A stretch of 64,000 nt of DNA from Octopus vulgaris (Eukaryota): contig OX597821.1 in NCBI GenBank assembly GCA_951406725.2, positions 116,436,001-116,500,000 of the forward strand, read 5' to 3'. Positions 1 through 14,720 of this stretch are shown piece after piece (position 1 is the stretch's first letter; each line of letters opens with the position of its first letter). Made by a program: the position numbers and the translations under genes. Below the pieces are notes generated by a model. It had not been told where the DNA came from and did no database searches. It saw nothing but the letters and a program-made list of their open reading frames with translations.

Positions 1-598
1 GTATTATTTTGAAATCCAGACTACCTACAGTCGATGTAGTAAGGCTCTTGGAAAAACTTTCATATTGCTTGTCTGCAGTGCAATATTGGAAGCATTCTTT
101 GTAATGAGGTATCTAATTCAGAAATATTTGTTAAGTCTGTGTATGTTGATGGCTGATTTTATGATTACTTAACTCCAGCTGCACTTACCAATCTGAGCAT
201 GGCCATCAGGGAGGAATTTTTGAAATCCACAATGGCACACAGCTTATTGTACTTGATATTGTTTTATTTTTATAACTGAGAACAAGATCATAAATTTTTA
301 AAGATGGGTAAGTGTGATGGTCATAGTTTTTCTGAAGGAATTTGCTGAAGAAGTGAAGTGAAATCAAATCAAGGTGTCATCAGCTAACTAGAAGCCTATC
401 TCTTAATCTCATCATCATTTATCATCATGTTCCATGTTAGCATGGGTTGAGTAGTTTGACAGGATCTGATTTGTCCAACAAATGCATTGTGCTCCAATAT
501 CTGCTTTGGTATGATTTTGCAGCTCTTCCTAAAATCAACCATTTTATAGAATATACTGGGTGTTTTTAAGCCAGTGAACTGGCAGAAACGTAAGCAAA

Positions 599-812
599 GG
601 TGGTGAGCTGGCAGAAATGTTAGCACACTGGGCAAAATACTTAGCGATATTTCGTCTGTCACTATGTTCTGAGTTTAAATGTCACCAAGGTCAACTTTGC
701 CTTTCATCCTTTCGGGTGCAATAAGTTAAGTACCAGTTGCATACTGGGGTTGATCTACTTGACTGGCTCCCTCCCCCTAAAATTTCAGGCCTTGTGCCTA
801 GAGCAGAAAAGA
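599..812 (+). mobile_element. tRNA-derived SINE family A
   Basis: Head GGTGGTGAGCTGGCAGAA, B-box-like GAGTTTAAAT, core GCCTTTCATCCTTTCGGG...TAAGTACCAG shared with many copies. Inserted within a family D element. Confidence 0.85.
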
Positions 813-1626
813 TATGTTGGGTATTTTTACATCACCAGCACTAGTGAGGTTACCATGCAGCTTGCAAGACTACAAATCCCAAGGGGCAGCTTTACACTAA
901 TTGATGAGGAGTGAAAGTATGAGAGAAGGGGCCAGAGCAGAACAGGTTTCTTATTATAGAGGAGTTACATGGTCACTTACATTTTAGAAGAGAGACAGAG
1001 CTAGAAAGATATAAAATTAGTGGTGATTAAGGTGTTTCAAATTATGGGATGAGTAGAAGTGAGTGGGACAGAGGAACTAGTACTGTGGGTGGAACCAGTT
1101 ATGTGGGTTGCAAGAGCGAGGGAGAGAGAATAGGTAAGGTGAGGTTGGTGACAACTGTAAAGATTAGGTAGGTTTGGTGGGTGGATGTAGTAAATCATGG
1201 ATAAGGGGTGGGGAATGACCAGTGATGCATGAGTTGGGGAGGTAGGAAAGCAGATGACTGATTCTGCAGAAAAAAGAGCAAGGAAAGCAGCAAAATAGTT
1301 GATTGATAAACTATACAGGAAACAGACAAGAGAGAGAGAGATATGACTTTTGAGTGGGTAGGTTGTAGAAGTGTGGTAGAGGTGGTGGGGGGAACTGGTG
1401 GAAGAGGCAGGTGTAGTAAATGAGAAGAATGAGAGAGTTATGGTGAAGGAGAAGAGCTAATTTGGTGGCTCATTAGGAGGGGGATGATCTATGTAAAATG
1501 TGGGCAGAGAGAACAATATTAATTAATGAAGGACAGTATCAAGGAAGAACTACACTTTGAGTGATGATGAGTGGTAGGGTCATCTAGAGGAAGAAACTGG
1601 GTGAAGAGTCTAGTTGTGCACATATA

Positions 1627-1675
<49 letters not shown>

Positions 1676-1953
1676 ACAGATAAAGGGTGAAATATAATTA
1701 ATTTAATAAAATCAACAAATTTCACCTAGTAGTATTTCGGTATGGAAAAGGACCATATTCGGTAAAAATTTATATAATTATAATAATAAGGGTTTTTTGG
1801 AACAAGTTGCTTAAACCACATACCGAAAATATTAGAAATAGCAGTCAAAGGACTACTATTTCTTTTTACTACAAAAATAAGTCTCCACAGACAACAATGT
1901 TTGTGACTCACTTATGACAAAAAAAAAGAAGAAAAACAATGAAAACCACACAT

Positions 1954-2146
<193 letters not shown>

Positions 2147-2149
2147 TGC

Positions 2150-2690
2150 TAGCAGAACTCAGTTTCACCAAAGTGGTTGGGTCTTCTTGAGAACTGCATA
2201 TATATTGCCAGTCCTCCTGGTCTTTGTTCAGCTCCCCCTTGAGGTTCAAGGTCCTGAAATCAGCCTTCACCACTTTTTTCCATATCTTCCTAGGTCTTCC
2301 TCATCCGTAAGTTCCAGTCACATTTAGCTATCGGCACTTCTTTATACAGCTGTCCTCATCCATATGCAGTCTTCTTTCTTGCACACTACATCTGATTCCT
2401 CAAATACCCAATTTTTGTCTCTTCACATTTATACTATGTTGTCCATGCACACTTATATTGTACATTCACTGGAGCATTCTCACTTCATTTCTTTCCAGCC
2501 TCCTCATGATCTCCACTTTCAAGGCCTATATCTCACTACACTACCGCATCATTTTTGTAACACAAGCATCATGTAATCTACCTTTCACTCTGAGAGGAAA
2601 GACCTTTGTTGCTAACAGTGGTAATAGCTCTCTGAACTTCCTCCAACCTCTTCTTACTCTGGTTACTGTACTTTCAGATCAGTCACCTTC
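2150..2690 (-). mobile_element. Decayed RTE-clade LINE 3' fragment
   Basis: Minus-strand translation KFRELLPLLATKVFPLRVKGRLHDACV...CSEI and GRPRKIWKKVVKAD, with stops; typical of the RTE ORF C-terminus. Confidence 0.8.
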
Positions 2691-3039
2691 CTCAAAAAGA
2701 AAGTTGGTGTGATCATGGATTGAATACTTACGATCATAGACCTTCTCAGTCAAGACTAATCTGGGGCTACAAAGTAACAACTTTTCACCATCAGCTTCTT
2801 GACACAAAAGAAATCTTTTACTTCATTGTATAAACTGAGTCTCCACATTTCACAGTTCTTTTTGAAGTTTCTTAGTCTTAAAGTTATCAAATCCACATCA
2901 AAAGATTCAGCTTCTTTCTTGGAGCCAATATTTGTGAGCTCTGAGATACTGAATAACTAAAAAAAAAAGAAGACTCAAATTCCAACCAGCTTAGTTTATT
3001 GATTTTTTATTTAGAATGTTACTCTTTCTGTTAAAACAC

Positions 3040-3262
3040 AGAGAAGCCTCTACTTGGTTATTAACCTGCTAGAAATAGCAGCTAAATATTATTAAAATCA
3101 CATTTTGTTATCTTATAAAAAGAACGGGCACATTGAATGTTAACATACAAGATATACAATGTCTGAAAAAAGAAAAAAAAAGATTGAACGATCATAGCTG
3201 GAATGCTTTTGATCATAGATCTTGTGGATTAAAGCTGATCTGGGCTAAACAGCAACAACAAC
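3040..3262 (+). mobile_element. Family F interspersed repeat (other copies about 2700-2780, 16340-16495, 23900-24037, 30350-30580, 22070-22250 -, 46680-46770 -)
   Basis: Shared acctgctagaaatagcagctaaat...tcatagctggaa...gggctaaacaacaac 3' end. Confidence 0.65.
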
Positions 3263-5579
3263 TTATATGCTAGATTAATTCCTGACTGAAGTCATTTACC
3301 TGAGTAACGGGTTCCTTTAAATATTCCACCTATAAATGTTGTTGTTATTATTTTACTCCAGGTCAATGATAAAAGAAAGGTGCTTCAAAAGTATTTGCAA
3401 AAAAAAATATATATATATAAAAGATAAATAGAAATAGGTAAAATAAAAATCAGTATTAGTTGAGTTGAATACAGCTGTGAAGAGAAGCAATATTGGACCA
3501 AAAGATCGATATAAATGAAGCCTGCAATACCTAGATAAAGCCCTGTTAGCATGGAACGCAGTGCATTGAGGAAAGAACAACTCCAAGAAACTATAAAATT
3601 GTTTTATGAAGCATACAAGCATGACTGCTACTCCCATCTCTTATAAACAATTTCGATCATGGCTTTATTGTTATCTGCATATTCAAATAACTGGCAGAAA
3701 AAAATGTATGTCTGTAGAGTATGGTTATGTGTGTTTACATAAAAAATATAGATATATCAAGATGACAATAAAATGAAGTTATTTTGAATGCTATTTATTA
3801 TTTGCTGATAAAGCTTCAAATGTTATGTAGAATCTGAAGGGAAAGCTGCCTGTCGTTCTAAGTAATTACTGATCCTACTGGAAAGCAATTTCTATTCTAT
3901 TCTATTCTAGCAATTGTAGGAAGTTGGTAGAGCAAGATTTTGTGGCGAAAGTGGAATACTAGCCAGCTCTGTGATAATTTCTTAGGAGAGATCAGATGCT
4001 TATAACTTATTTCATTATACAGACAGAAAGATTGAACATATATATATAGATAGCTTAAGCTTAAAATATTAATCAAATAGAGAGTGTTTAATGAACTAAA
4101 AGAAAATTTCAGGTTAGACACATGATTATTATGTAGAGTTCTTAACAAAATAGACTCATATTAAAAATAAGATAATGAAATAAAAGCTGGATTACTACTG
4201 GCACTCAAACAGATGTGTGAGGAATTGTCATAAAAGATAGAGAATCTCTTGAGTTTAATGGCAATGGTTGCAGCAATGATGACCTGCCACCACCCACCCA
4301 CTTCCACCACCACTACTACCATTGATTTTTTTTTTCCCAAATCTTGTACAGGTTGGAAGGAGTAGCAATAGAGGAAACCAGCCACTTTGTTCTTTGTATT
4401 TCATAAGGTGTGGATTGAGTGCATTTTCTATCCGACTGCTGTCTCTAGAAAGAATGACTTGCATAGGAGAATTAAAGGAATCCCCCAAGTGTACAATATG
4501 GCCTGCAGAGTCCATATCTCACTTCTGAACTACATTCTCGAGCATGATAGAATATGTATAAGAGATTAGTATCACTGATTAAAGACAGGTCTCTGGCTGC
4601 CATTGTGAGTGACCTCTCTGGGATATTTAGGTTGATAGTTAAATCTCTATGCAGCAAATAACCTTGGTGGGTGATGTGATGTACTCCAGCAAGTATCTTG
4701 ATGAAGGACTAAAAAAGGTGCTTGAAATCAAGAGCAACACTGGCTTGCAAGACAAAGAACTGCTGTGGATATTTTTTGGCGGGATTTCTATATTTGGATG
4801 CCCTACTTATCACTAACCCTATTTACAGAGTTTGCAGAGTATGAGGGGTGTATTTTTTCAGCCACCAGCATGAAGTGTTATCACATGCAGGAGAATTAAA
4901 GAGACCCCTTTCCCTGTGCCCGTTCTAATTCAAAGTTATTGCGTACTACAGTCCTTCATCATGTTACTCAGTATTGTCCATTGCTCCTTATCTATTATGA
5001 CCCTTTCTTTAACCATCTACCACCCTCCTTTGTCTCTCCATCTGGTTTGATCCTTCATCTAACTACCTGCCATTGTCATTCATCACATCACCTACTGTCG
5101 TTCTTTGACTACTAAGCTATTAGTAGTTAATTCTTATTTGGAGTTACTGTGGGTCAAGAAAACCATGTTTCACTTGTATATTTTATTTTTGGCACAGGCA
5201 CCAGAAATGGTTTTCATATCCTTGACCAGACAAGACGAAGAATTCTTACAGCCCTATACTTCATTTGTTTACTAATCACCTTTTAGATATATTTTACCAT
5301 GACTGTGTTGTATCCCTTAAGACAAAACAACCTTCACTATTTAACATTGTCGCTATTTGTTCAGGGTAAAGTAACTAAAAGAGTGGGTAGAAAAGGGTCT
5401 GCTTGTAGAAGGGTAGTAGTGGGAGAGAGCCACTAATGGTAACTATATATAAGAGAAAGAATAAGTATTGAACAGTCATAGAAATAGTATGCATATGTGC
5501 GTGTGCATGTGCATGCATATGTATGTGTATATATATATATAGATAGATAGATAGATACATACATACATACATACATACA

Positions 5580-5614
<35 letters not shown>

Positions 5615-6397
5615 CTATATATGCATGTGGGTGTGGGGGGGGGCTAGGTGTGTTTGTATTTCTTTGTTGTTACATCATGCAATATTTCTAAATGATCATC
5701 ACTATAGTACAGACAGAATACCTCATTATGAATCTTCTGGGAAAACGTGCACAACCGTAGGGAAGCATTCCATTGCTCAGAAACAGGTGAGGGTTGGTCA
5801 TGGGAAGAGCATCCAACCTTAGAAAATCTGCCTTAGCACATTCTGTCTAACCAATGCAGTATGAAAAAGGGGACATGATGATGATGATGGTGGTGGTGTT
5901 GGTATTGGTGGTGGTGGTCATTGCCATCTTATCATCATCTTGATGATGATGAGGATGATGATGATATAGGATTCAAAATTGTTTCAGGACTTTTTTTATT
6001 TACTTTAATAGTTAGTCATTGAATTAACTGCATGAAAATCATTTTTGTTAAAAAGTTAAATGTGTTGTTAGTTAACAGTCGATCACAAATTGCATCAGTC
6101 AATTTTATTGACTAATATTGTTGGAAACTGTGAATCAGTGTTATCTTTTACTCTTTCTACTTATAAATTGATTATTTTCTCTTGGCCTGGCAGAGAATTG
6201 CTAGGCCAGTTTCCTTGCATTCATACCATTCATCCTACCATTTGTATTTTTAACCTATTCTGTTGGTGCCTGTCAATTAGTGGATGTGTACTTTTAGCTT
6301 AAAATAAATCTGCATAAATCACACGTTATTACTAACAATATTCTAAAAGTCATTTATGTTTCTGAAAGATTTCTCCCGACAATATTGCAAAATGCAT

Positions 6398-6793
6398 GGC
6401 GGCAAGCTGGCAGAAATGTTAGCATGCCGGGCAAAATGCTTAGCAGTATTTTGTCTGCCGTTACGTTCTGAGTTCAAATTCTGCCAAGGTCGACTTTGCC
6501 TTTCATCCTTTCAGGGTTGATAAATTAAGTACCAGTTACGCACTGAGATCGGTATAATCGACTTAATCCGTTTGTCTGTCCTTGTTTGTCCCCTCTGTGT
6601 TTAGCCCCTTGTGGGTAGTAAAGAAATAGGTATTTCATCTGTCTTTACATTCTGAATTCAAATTTCGCCAAGGTTGACTTCGCCTTTCATCCTTTCAAGG
6701 TCAATAAATTAAGTACCAGTTGCATACTGGGGTTGATCTAATCAACTGGCCCCCTCCCGCAAAATTTCGGGCCTTGTGCGTAGAATAGAAAAT
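6398..6793 (+). mobile_element. SINE family A, composite copy with 17-bp imperfect TSD
   Basis: Two cores and two different tails, flanked by aatattgcaaaatgcat (6381-6397) and aatattgagaaatgcat (6794-6810). Confidence 0.9.
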
Positions 6794-9700
6794 AATATTG
6801 AGAAATGCATAAATGAGATCTGCTTAGACTCATGTTTATTTCCTGGTTTTTTTTTGGGTTTTTTTTGTAAATCTTTCATAAATGACTTGCTTATAAAATA
6901 TAAGATATCAGTTTAATATTTAGCATTTAAATCTATTACTAGATATTTCTATATTTATTCCAGAGCAGAAAAAAAGAAAACTTAAGTCTCCTCACCATAC
7001 CAAAAAAAACAAAAATCTATAATTCTTTATGTTTTAAATTAACTTACTTTCACAACTTGTTTTAGATTAATCTTAATCAAAAGGATAAATTAATTATTGA
7101 AAAGGAGATATGTGAGTTCTGCTATCACCTGTCCATTATTAAACATGCATGTAGTATATGTTCAACAGTCTTTGTGAGAGTGTATCAGTGTCTCTGTGTC
7201 TGAGCAAATGTATTTTCAAGCAGTGTTTTGGAGTGTATGTGTGTGCATGCATGGCATTGTGTGTGTGTGTGTGTGATGTGTGTGTGTGTGCGTGTGTGTG
7301 TGTGAATGCGCACGTGCATGTGTATGTGTTACTGTTAGATTCTACATACATGCAAAAGTGAGAGCGAGTGTGTGTCCATTTAAATACCTCCGAAAGTGCA
7401 GAAAATCTGTCAGTATGTATGTGAGAGAGTGATACATATATAGTATGTGTGAGAGCCTATAAGTGTGTGTATATAAATATCTGTAGATGCTGAAGATATA
7501 TATATGTCAGGGTTATATCAGTGTGTAGAACAGATAGAGATACAGTGTACAAGAAATAGAGATAAAGTGTAGGAGAACTTGTATTTGTGTGTAAGAAAGA
7601 CTGTTATGTAAGTCTTTAATTTAAAGTAAGTGAAATGTATCTTTGGCTGTTATAAGTAGTTTATCTCTCAGTTTAGTATCACCAACTGGACCATGGGTAC
7701 CTTTAGCAGAGTCAACTTTCTTGCAAACATTTGAGTCGGGATTTCTAGTTTGGAGATAACTTCCTTTCTTCTTCCTACCAGTGTCATGGACCCTGGAAAA
7801 GATCATAGAGTAACACCTTGGTCTTCTTCTCTCACTAAGCAGTGTAGACAAAAAAAGATTTTTTTTATAAAAATAAAAATCTCCAGTTGAAATGCCCTAA
7901 AGAAAATGCTGCGCTTAAGCACCATGGGTAACTCCAATCAGATTCCTTTTATGTAGCATCCTACATGATGCCAACCTTTATAAAATGACCTACAAATGGG
8001 AGTCTTTAGCTATGGTTTAGATTTTATTTAGTATTATTATTTAGTTGCTGAAATACAGTACAAGTTAAATACTGGGTTTGATTTCATCGACTAACATTTT
8101 CTTCCAGATTTCTGGCCATTTGCCTATGAAAGAAATCATTATTGTTGTTATCATTTGTAGGACATTCACATTGCTTGAGGCTATGGTCTTTATATTCACT
8201 TATATTAGATTATTACAAGATCTATTAATTCTCTCCAGACCATCCTTTTGTACCACAAGAAATGAAAACGGAATTTTGTAGTTCTGTTAGAACATGAAGC
8301 AGTTTTCAAGAATAAGAGATATCAACCATTCCATCATTCATTATTCATGATATACTAACACATCTGAGCTCAGTTAAGCAATTCCGTCACGTTCACATAA
8401 ACAGGATGGCTTATGATATCATTAGTAATGCTATCTATTGTGCATACACCTATACAACATGTTATACACATGCAGACACATTTACCTATGTATGTCCATG
8501 AATATAACTATACATAGTAATATCATATTCAAGTTAGGTATATATCCCTTTTAGAATTGTATTAAAAATATCTGGAATGTTTTAACCAGTTATTTTAATG
8601 ACACATACAACACTTATAACATAATCTCATTGATATCAACAGCATTCTATGACAGCATTTAAAACATTTCCCTTTTGAGATCTGTCATCTTCAGGATGTT
8701 ATTTTTACTTAGATTCAGTTTTATTTCATATATTTTATTCGTTTGCATCAAAATTTAATATGCATTAGGCTTATTGCCCCTAGTTTGGAAGATTAATTGA
8801 CTGGATATCAATCTAGAATTGTAAAGCAAAGATGGTCATCTGCATCTTTATCATCATCATCATACATATATATTCAAATAAGCTTATATTTATGTCTACA
8901 TACATGTATATCCTCCCTCTCTTTCTCTCTCCCTCTCATGCACACATGAAAGGGAAGAAAGAAAAGTCAAAGACTCAATCACTTTTTTTCTCAGCCAGAA
9001 GTATAAATGTCAACTGACCATCTCCAAGATTTATTTATTCCAATGAAATTCCAAGTCTTCATATGTGGGTGAAGCAGAATCTAAACCTTCTAGTTCTATG
9101 CTAAAGAGCAATCTTGCTCTAATAGGTCAAGCTGACGAGTAACAATGGAACCCTTTCCTGAACATTAAATTGTACAAATACCTTTACAAATATTGAACAG
9201 AAATTAAGGTTATCTATTAATAGCTAACTTTCTAAATTTGCTTTAAATATTGATATGCGAGAATATGTTCATTCTGTTCTGTACTGACAAATGAAAGGAA
9301 ATGGCTTATTTCCTTTCAATACTTTTCAAAGAAACAAAATTCTTTGATATTGCGCATGGTAAATCTACAAAAAAGCAAATAGCATCTAAAGAACTCTTTA
9401 TTTAATAATTGAAAGGGAGTTTTTGCTAATGATTTATTTTTTATTCTCTTTTGTTGTTGGGATGGTTTTCTAGCAATATAGATGATTAATCTGTATTGGG
9501 CAATAAAATAATATAAATTAAATATTGATTTGCTTCAGGCGTGGCTGTGTGGTTAAGGTGTTTGATTTTCAAGCATGTGCTCGTAAGTTCAATCCTACTG
9601 CTTGGTATTCTTTGCAAGTCTCTTCTATCATAGCTTTGGGTTGACTAATACCTTATAAGTGAAATTTGGGTGATAGAAACTATATGGAAACCTATCATGT

Positions 9701-10404
9701 GTATATGTGTGTGTGTGTGCATGCATGTGTGTATGTGTGTGTGTGCATGTGTATGTGTGTGTGTGTATACATATAGAGGGACAGGGAGATTAATATATTT
9801 CCAATGTATATTAGCAAAAGATGTAAACATTGGTGAAAATCCAATGGTCATCAAATGAAATCTTTGAGAAAATGAAATCCTTTGCACCAAATTACAGACA
9901 TATCTTTATCACTCTTGCCCTTGGGATTGCCTCATTGTAAACTTGTAACCAATGACAGTCAGTTACAAACAGTGCTGTGTAATAAAAAAAAAACATTTGT
10001 AAATGGTGTACTGCTTCAATAACTTTATCCCTCAACACTATTTCTTCATCCTTTTCTAATCATAGTATTTACATTTCAGCAAGACACCTATCTCTGTCCC
10101 TCTATACCTTTAATCTTTCAACAGGTGCAGAACCATATCCCTGCCTCAGTACTACTCCCCACTCCCAGTTGAAAGATTTTTGTCTTGCAAGGTCCTTGGT
10201 AACCCTGTCAGTGCTGGTGCCATGTAAGAAGCACCTAGTACACTCTGTAAAGTTGGCATTAGGAAGGGCATTCAGCTGTAGAAACCTTACTAAAACAGAC
10301 AATGGAGCTTGGTGCAGCTCTTGACCTTGCCAGCTCCTGTCAAGCCATCCAACCCATGTCAGCATGGAAAGCGGTTGTTAAATGATGGTGATGATGATTA
10401 ATAT

Positions 10405-10795
10405 TGAAGCCAGCAGAATTGGCTCTCAGTTCAAATTCCTTTGAGATCAATTTGCCTTTCATCTTTTTAGGATTAATGAAATATGCACCAGTTGAGCAGT
10501 TGAGTTGATGTAATTGACTAACCCCACTCTCCCTAAAATTCCTGACCTAGTACCAAAATTTGAAATAGTTAGTGTCATTATTAAGGTGACAAGCTGACGA
10601 AATTGGTAGAGCATTGGGAAAATGTCTTGTTGCTCTAGGGCTTCACATTCTGAGTTCAAGTCCCACCTAGACCAACTTTCCCTTTAATCCCTTTGGGACC
10701 AAAAAAAATTTAAATAACAATCAAATATTAAGGTTGAGATAATTAAGTCCTCCTCTCAAAACTGTTGGCCTTGTGCCAGAACTTGAAACCATTAT
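10405..10795 (+). mobile_element. Two degenerate SINE family A copies
   Basis: gttcaaattcc...gcctttcatc...ggccttgtgcc motifs. Confidence 0.7.
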
Positions 10796-11206
10796 TATTA
10801 ATACTGAATAAAATTATTTTAAGCTGTTAGCAGCATTCTAAAGGGTCACTGTGTTGTAGTTTGGCATCACAAGCGATATAATAAAATTAAGTCTGAAGAC
10901 TTTGGAATCAGGTGAATAGACAGAGGAATTGTATGTAGTAAATGATCTTGTGAGTAATTACAGATAATTTTGTAACAGATAATCCTATAAAACAACCAAC
11001 CATTTTCACCTATAACTCTTCATTTCAACTGAGTTTGAAATGGAACGTTAAACTACATTTAGAGCTTCTTTTATTTTCAATAGTAAGTTTATGCAATTTT
11101 CAAAGCCAATTTTTCTGAAGTTTCCTAAATGTTTTTAATTTTCATTTTCACTATTAATTTATCTGTATTTTTTCATTTTGTTTTGCAGGTACTCTAAATA
11201 TTAATC

Positions 11207-11379
11207 ATGACATTAGAAAGAAACATTCTTCCAGAATACAATGCTAGTGAGGGGTCAGCCATGACAACTAAAACTGCTGTATTAGATGTCCCCAAAAAGG
11301 ATGAACCTATTAATAGCCGGAACAGTCCAAGTACTCTCAATGTACTTACCACCAGTACAGACTTGGAGTTTTCCAATAG
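11207..11379 (+). CDS. MAP3K13: DLK/LZK first coding exon (MTLERNILPEYNASEGSAM...TDLEFSN)
   Basis: Acceptor ttttgcag|G at 11189, in-frame TAA at 11195 upstream of ATG 11207, open for 57 codons, donor AG|gtaaat. Phase 2 matches the next exon (AG+C=Ser). The peptide has no recognisable domain, so support is structural only. Confidence 0.75.
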
Positions 11380-14304
11380 GTAAATTAATAACGCTTTTCT
11401 AATTTTGTTATTTACACATGACTAATTTTCTGTAAAAAAAAAATGATTTTTTTTTTGCTAATGGTGATGTTATTGTTTGTTGTTGTTCCAACAGGTTATT
11501 TCACAATAGGTTTTCGAGTTCTAGTAGTAAGGACATTGCACTCTCAATCGCAAGGCTATGATTTCGATTCCCAGACTGGGTAATGTGTTGCATTATTGAA
11601 CAAAACTCTTCCTTTTACATTGCTTCAGTCCACTCAGTTGTGAACAATTTCAGGCAATAGCTGGAAAGTTAACCCTGTGACAGATATGCATCCTGTTCAA
11701 GGGAAGTGCTGTAATCTCAATTACTTGCATACCATAGAAATTGGTCTTATAAATCCTAGGGCTTGTGAAAAAAAAAAAAAGCATATAAGTACTTGATCTA
11801 AGATTTTAACTTATATTGCTTAAGTTCAGAATGCTTACTCTTTAATATAATTTGTTTTTTAGTCTATATACAACGAAAGAAATATTTTCTCAACAACTAT
11901 AAAGAAGGAAGAAGCAGAACTATAGTTTTTTTTATAAATTTTGTTAATTTGTAATTTTTTATGGAATTTTTAAGTGAACAATGGTTATTGATATGTGATT
12001 CATGAAGATAGATATATTCATATAATTTATAAAGGTATATATCAATTTGTAAATATATATATCCAATGCAGATTGATATCTGTTTTCTAAAACAGTCCCC
12101 TACTCACCATAAGTACAACAAAATTTTAAACTAGAATTCCAGAAAATTTCATATTCTTCAACAGTTAACTGATGGTTTAGTACCACAAAATAAACTCAAA
12201 CTCTGTGTGTGTGTGCGTGTGTGTGTACAAAACATACACATACTCATGCATAAAATCCAATTCTCTTTGTATTTTAAAAAAAAACTTACCAAGCCTTCTT
12301 TGTCCCCCCAAAATCAAAAATACTAAGTATTTTTTGTAACTTTTTTTGACAAGTTTTCTTCCATTGTCTCTAATGTGTGTATACAGTGAAGTGGGTTAGT
12401 GATATGAAAAATATCTGGCTGTAAAACACTACCTCTGAAAACCTCTACAAACTAAACTAACATAGAAAAGTAGATACAAAATGATGATAGTGATGGTTAT
12501 GATACTGATGGTGAAACCAAATAACCAGACACTAGTAAAGTTACAATTGTTCTAAGGACTTTTTTGCCACTGTTTCTATCAAATTATTAAGTATGATAAT
12601 TATTAAAGACAGATTTTGTCCTAGGAATTTATTAAAGCACAAGCGAGGCAGTGTGAAATGAAGTTTACTTTTCAACTGCATGATTTCAGCTTCTGTCCCA
12701 CTGCTTGTCACCTTGATCAATTATCTTCTATGATAGCCTTTTGAGCAGGTTTGTTAGATGGAAACTGAAAGAAGCTTGTTGTGTATATACTGTGTGTGTG
12801 TGTGTTACTCTCTTCTTGCCTTGATTTGACATGACAGTTGCAATGAAGCGTCACTGTCATGCAAGTGGTGTTCTTCATTATCAGTCTTCCATAAAAATAT
12901 GTCTGGTCACGGGGAAATATCACCTTACTTAGATTAAACCTGACAAAGAATATAGAAAGAATTCTTTGTATGATTGAAATGATTTGAAATTGTAAAGAAC
13001 CTTTAAAACTTATACATTTAAAAACTGAGATCACCAATCTATACAATAACTACACAAAATTATTTACAAAATTATTTTATTGGTTATTTTTTAAATAATA
13101 TATAAGAACGTGTTATGGCTACCTTAAAGATCATCCTTCTGGCCTTATAATTCTTGAAATTTTGATTGATTTGATTGTCTGAAGACATCTTTTATCAAAA
13201 TAGAAAAAGCAATGCTTATTCTTTACTTTTGGAGAATTTCAGGGACTATAGTGACAATGATTTGTGATTTGCTGTAGAATGTTAGAGTAGAACTTTAGAA
13301 TTCAGTTTAAATAGACTTTATATCAAAAATTAGAAATGAGAGACATCAGGGAATATTATAAAAATTATACTTTTCTTCTAAAAATGATATCAGATCTGTA
13401 ACATTTATTGATTGCAGAATTAACTTGAAATATATGTCAATGTTTTGAATTGATATGTTTGAAATTTTTATGGCATTGTTATCATATTGAATGCAAAATG
13501 ATTTTCTTTTTCAAAATATTACATTTGGGGAAATATTATATTTTCCTTTAAAAAAAAATAAAATAATTGATTATCAAAAGCACTATGTCCTAATGAAAAT
13601 TACTGTTCTCCAAGATTAGAAAAATATATAAAGAGGGAAGATAAAGATGGCTGAACTGCTAAGCTAAGGAGTGATGTTGCTAAACTATAGAGCAATTGGG
13701 CCCGTCAATATGGTTGCAGCTACTAAAGTAGATTCTGCTTGTTCAACTTAACAATTTATTGATCACCTGTTCCCCACATGACATGACTGCTGAAAGTAAT
13801 TGCAAATACTGAAATGTTCTTAGCCAATTGGCACACTATCCTATATTGAAAAACTAGCAATCAACTACTTTCATAGCAATCCTCTCCGTAGTGCTGGAGA
13901 TGAATGTGACAATAATATAGTTTGATTAGAATAAAACTTTCCAGTTAAACTAATAAAAATGTCTAAAACAAATAAATCACAAGAAAATTGAGCCAGTGAC
14001 TATGCATGTTATAAATAAATCTGTGTTATAAACCAATTTATTGTAAGCAAAATGTTAGGTGGGGTTAGAGAATTCAGCCTTCTTTTCACACGTTTATGCC
14101 TGTACACAACTATACAGAGCTTTATTCAAGTATACAACTGGCACAACTATATATTATCTTCTTCGACCATAATGCTAGAAAATCTTTTACCATGGAATTT
14201 TTATAGCTGAGACATAAAAAGGCATAGAGCTGATGTGGCAATATTATATTTCTTTTCCCTGACTAATTTAACTTTTGTGCAAGTGGATTTTCATTTTAGT
14301 ATAA

Positions 14305-14720
14305 CTGTAGACATACGTGTGTAGTTAAGAAGTTAGTTTCCTAATGATGTGGTTTCAAGTTCAGTCCCACCTCATGACACCTTGGCAAGAGTCTTGTACT
14401 TTAGCCGCATGTGGACCAAAGTCATGGAAGTGGATTTGGTAGATAGAAATTGAATGGAACCTATTATATGTATATATCTATGTAAGTGTGTGTGTGTGTG
14501 TGTTTGTGTGTCCTTGTCTTGACATTGTGTGATAACTGTAAACGAGTATCATTACCATGCAAACAGTGTCATTCATTTCCAGTATTCTGTATGTATCATG
14601 GGAAAATATTACCTCATTCGGAAATGATTGAGGGTTGGCAGGAGGAAAGGCATCCGACTGTAGAAAATTTGCCTCAGTAAACTTTGTTCGATCCATACAA
14701 GCATGGAAAAATGGTCATAA
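14305..14720 (+). mobile_element. SINE family B variant with an RTE-type tail (related copies at about 9538-9690, 12646-12930, 57815-57975, 33925-34080 minus, 61490-61620 minus)
   Basis: gttcagtccca...caccttggcaagagtctt...gatagaaattgaa; tail ggaaaggcatccgactgtagaaa. Confidence 0.7.

Noticed and set aside
7660-8280. Possible upstream UTR exons (acceptor-like ctctcag at about 7671 and cttccag at about 8107)
   Set aside because: No convincing donor pairing or homology; cannot be supported without transcripts.
11194-11376. 60-aa minus-strand ORF (likewise 61950-62144)
   Set aside because: Antisense shadow of a + strand coding exon.
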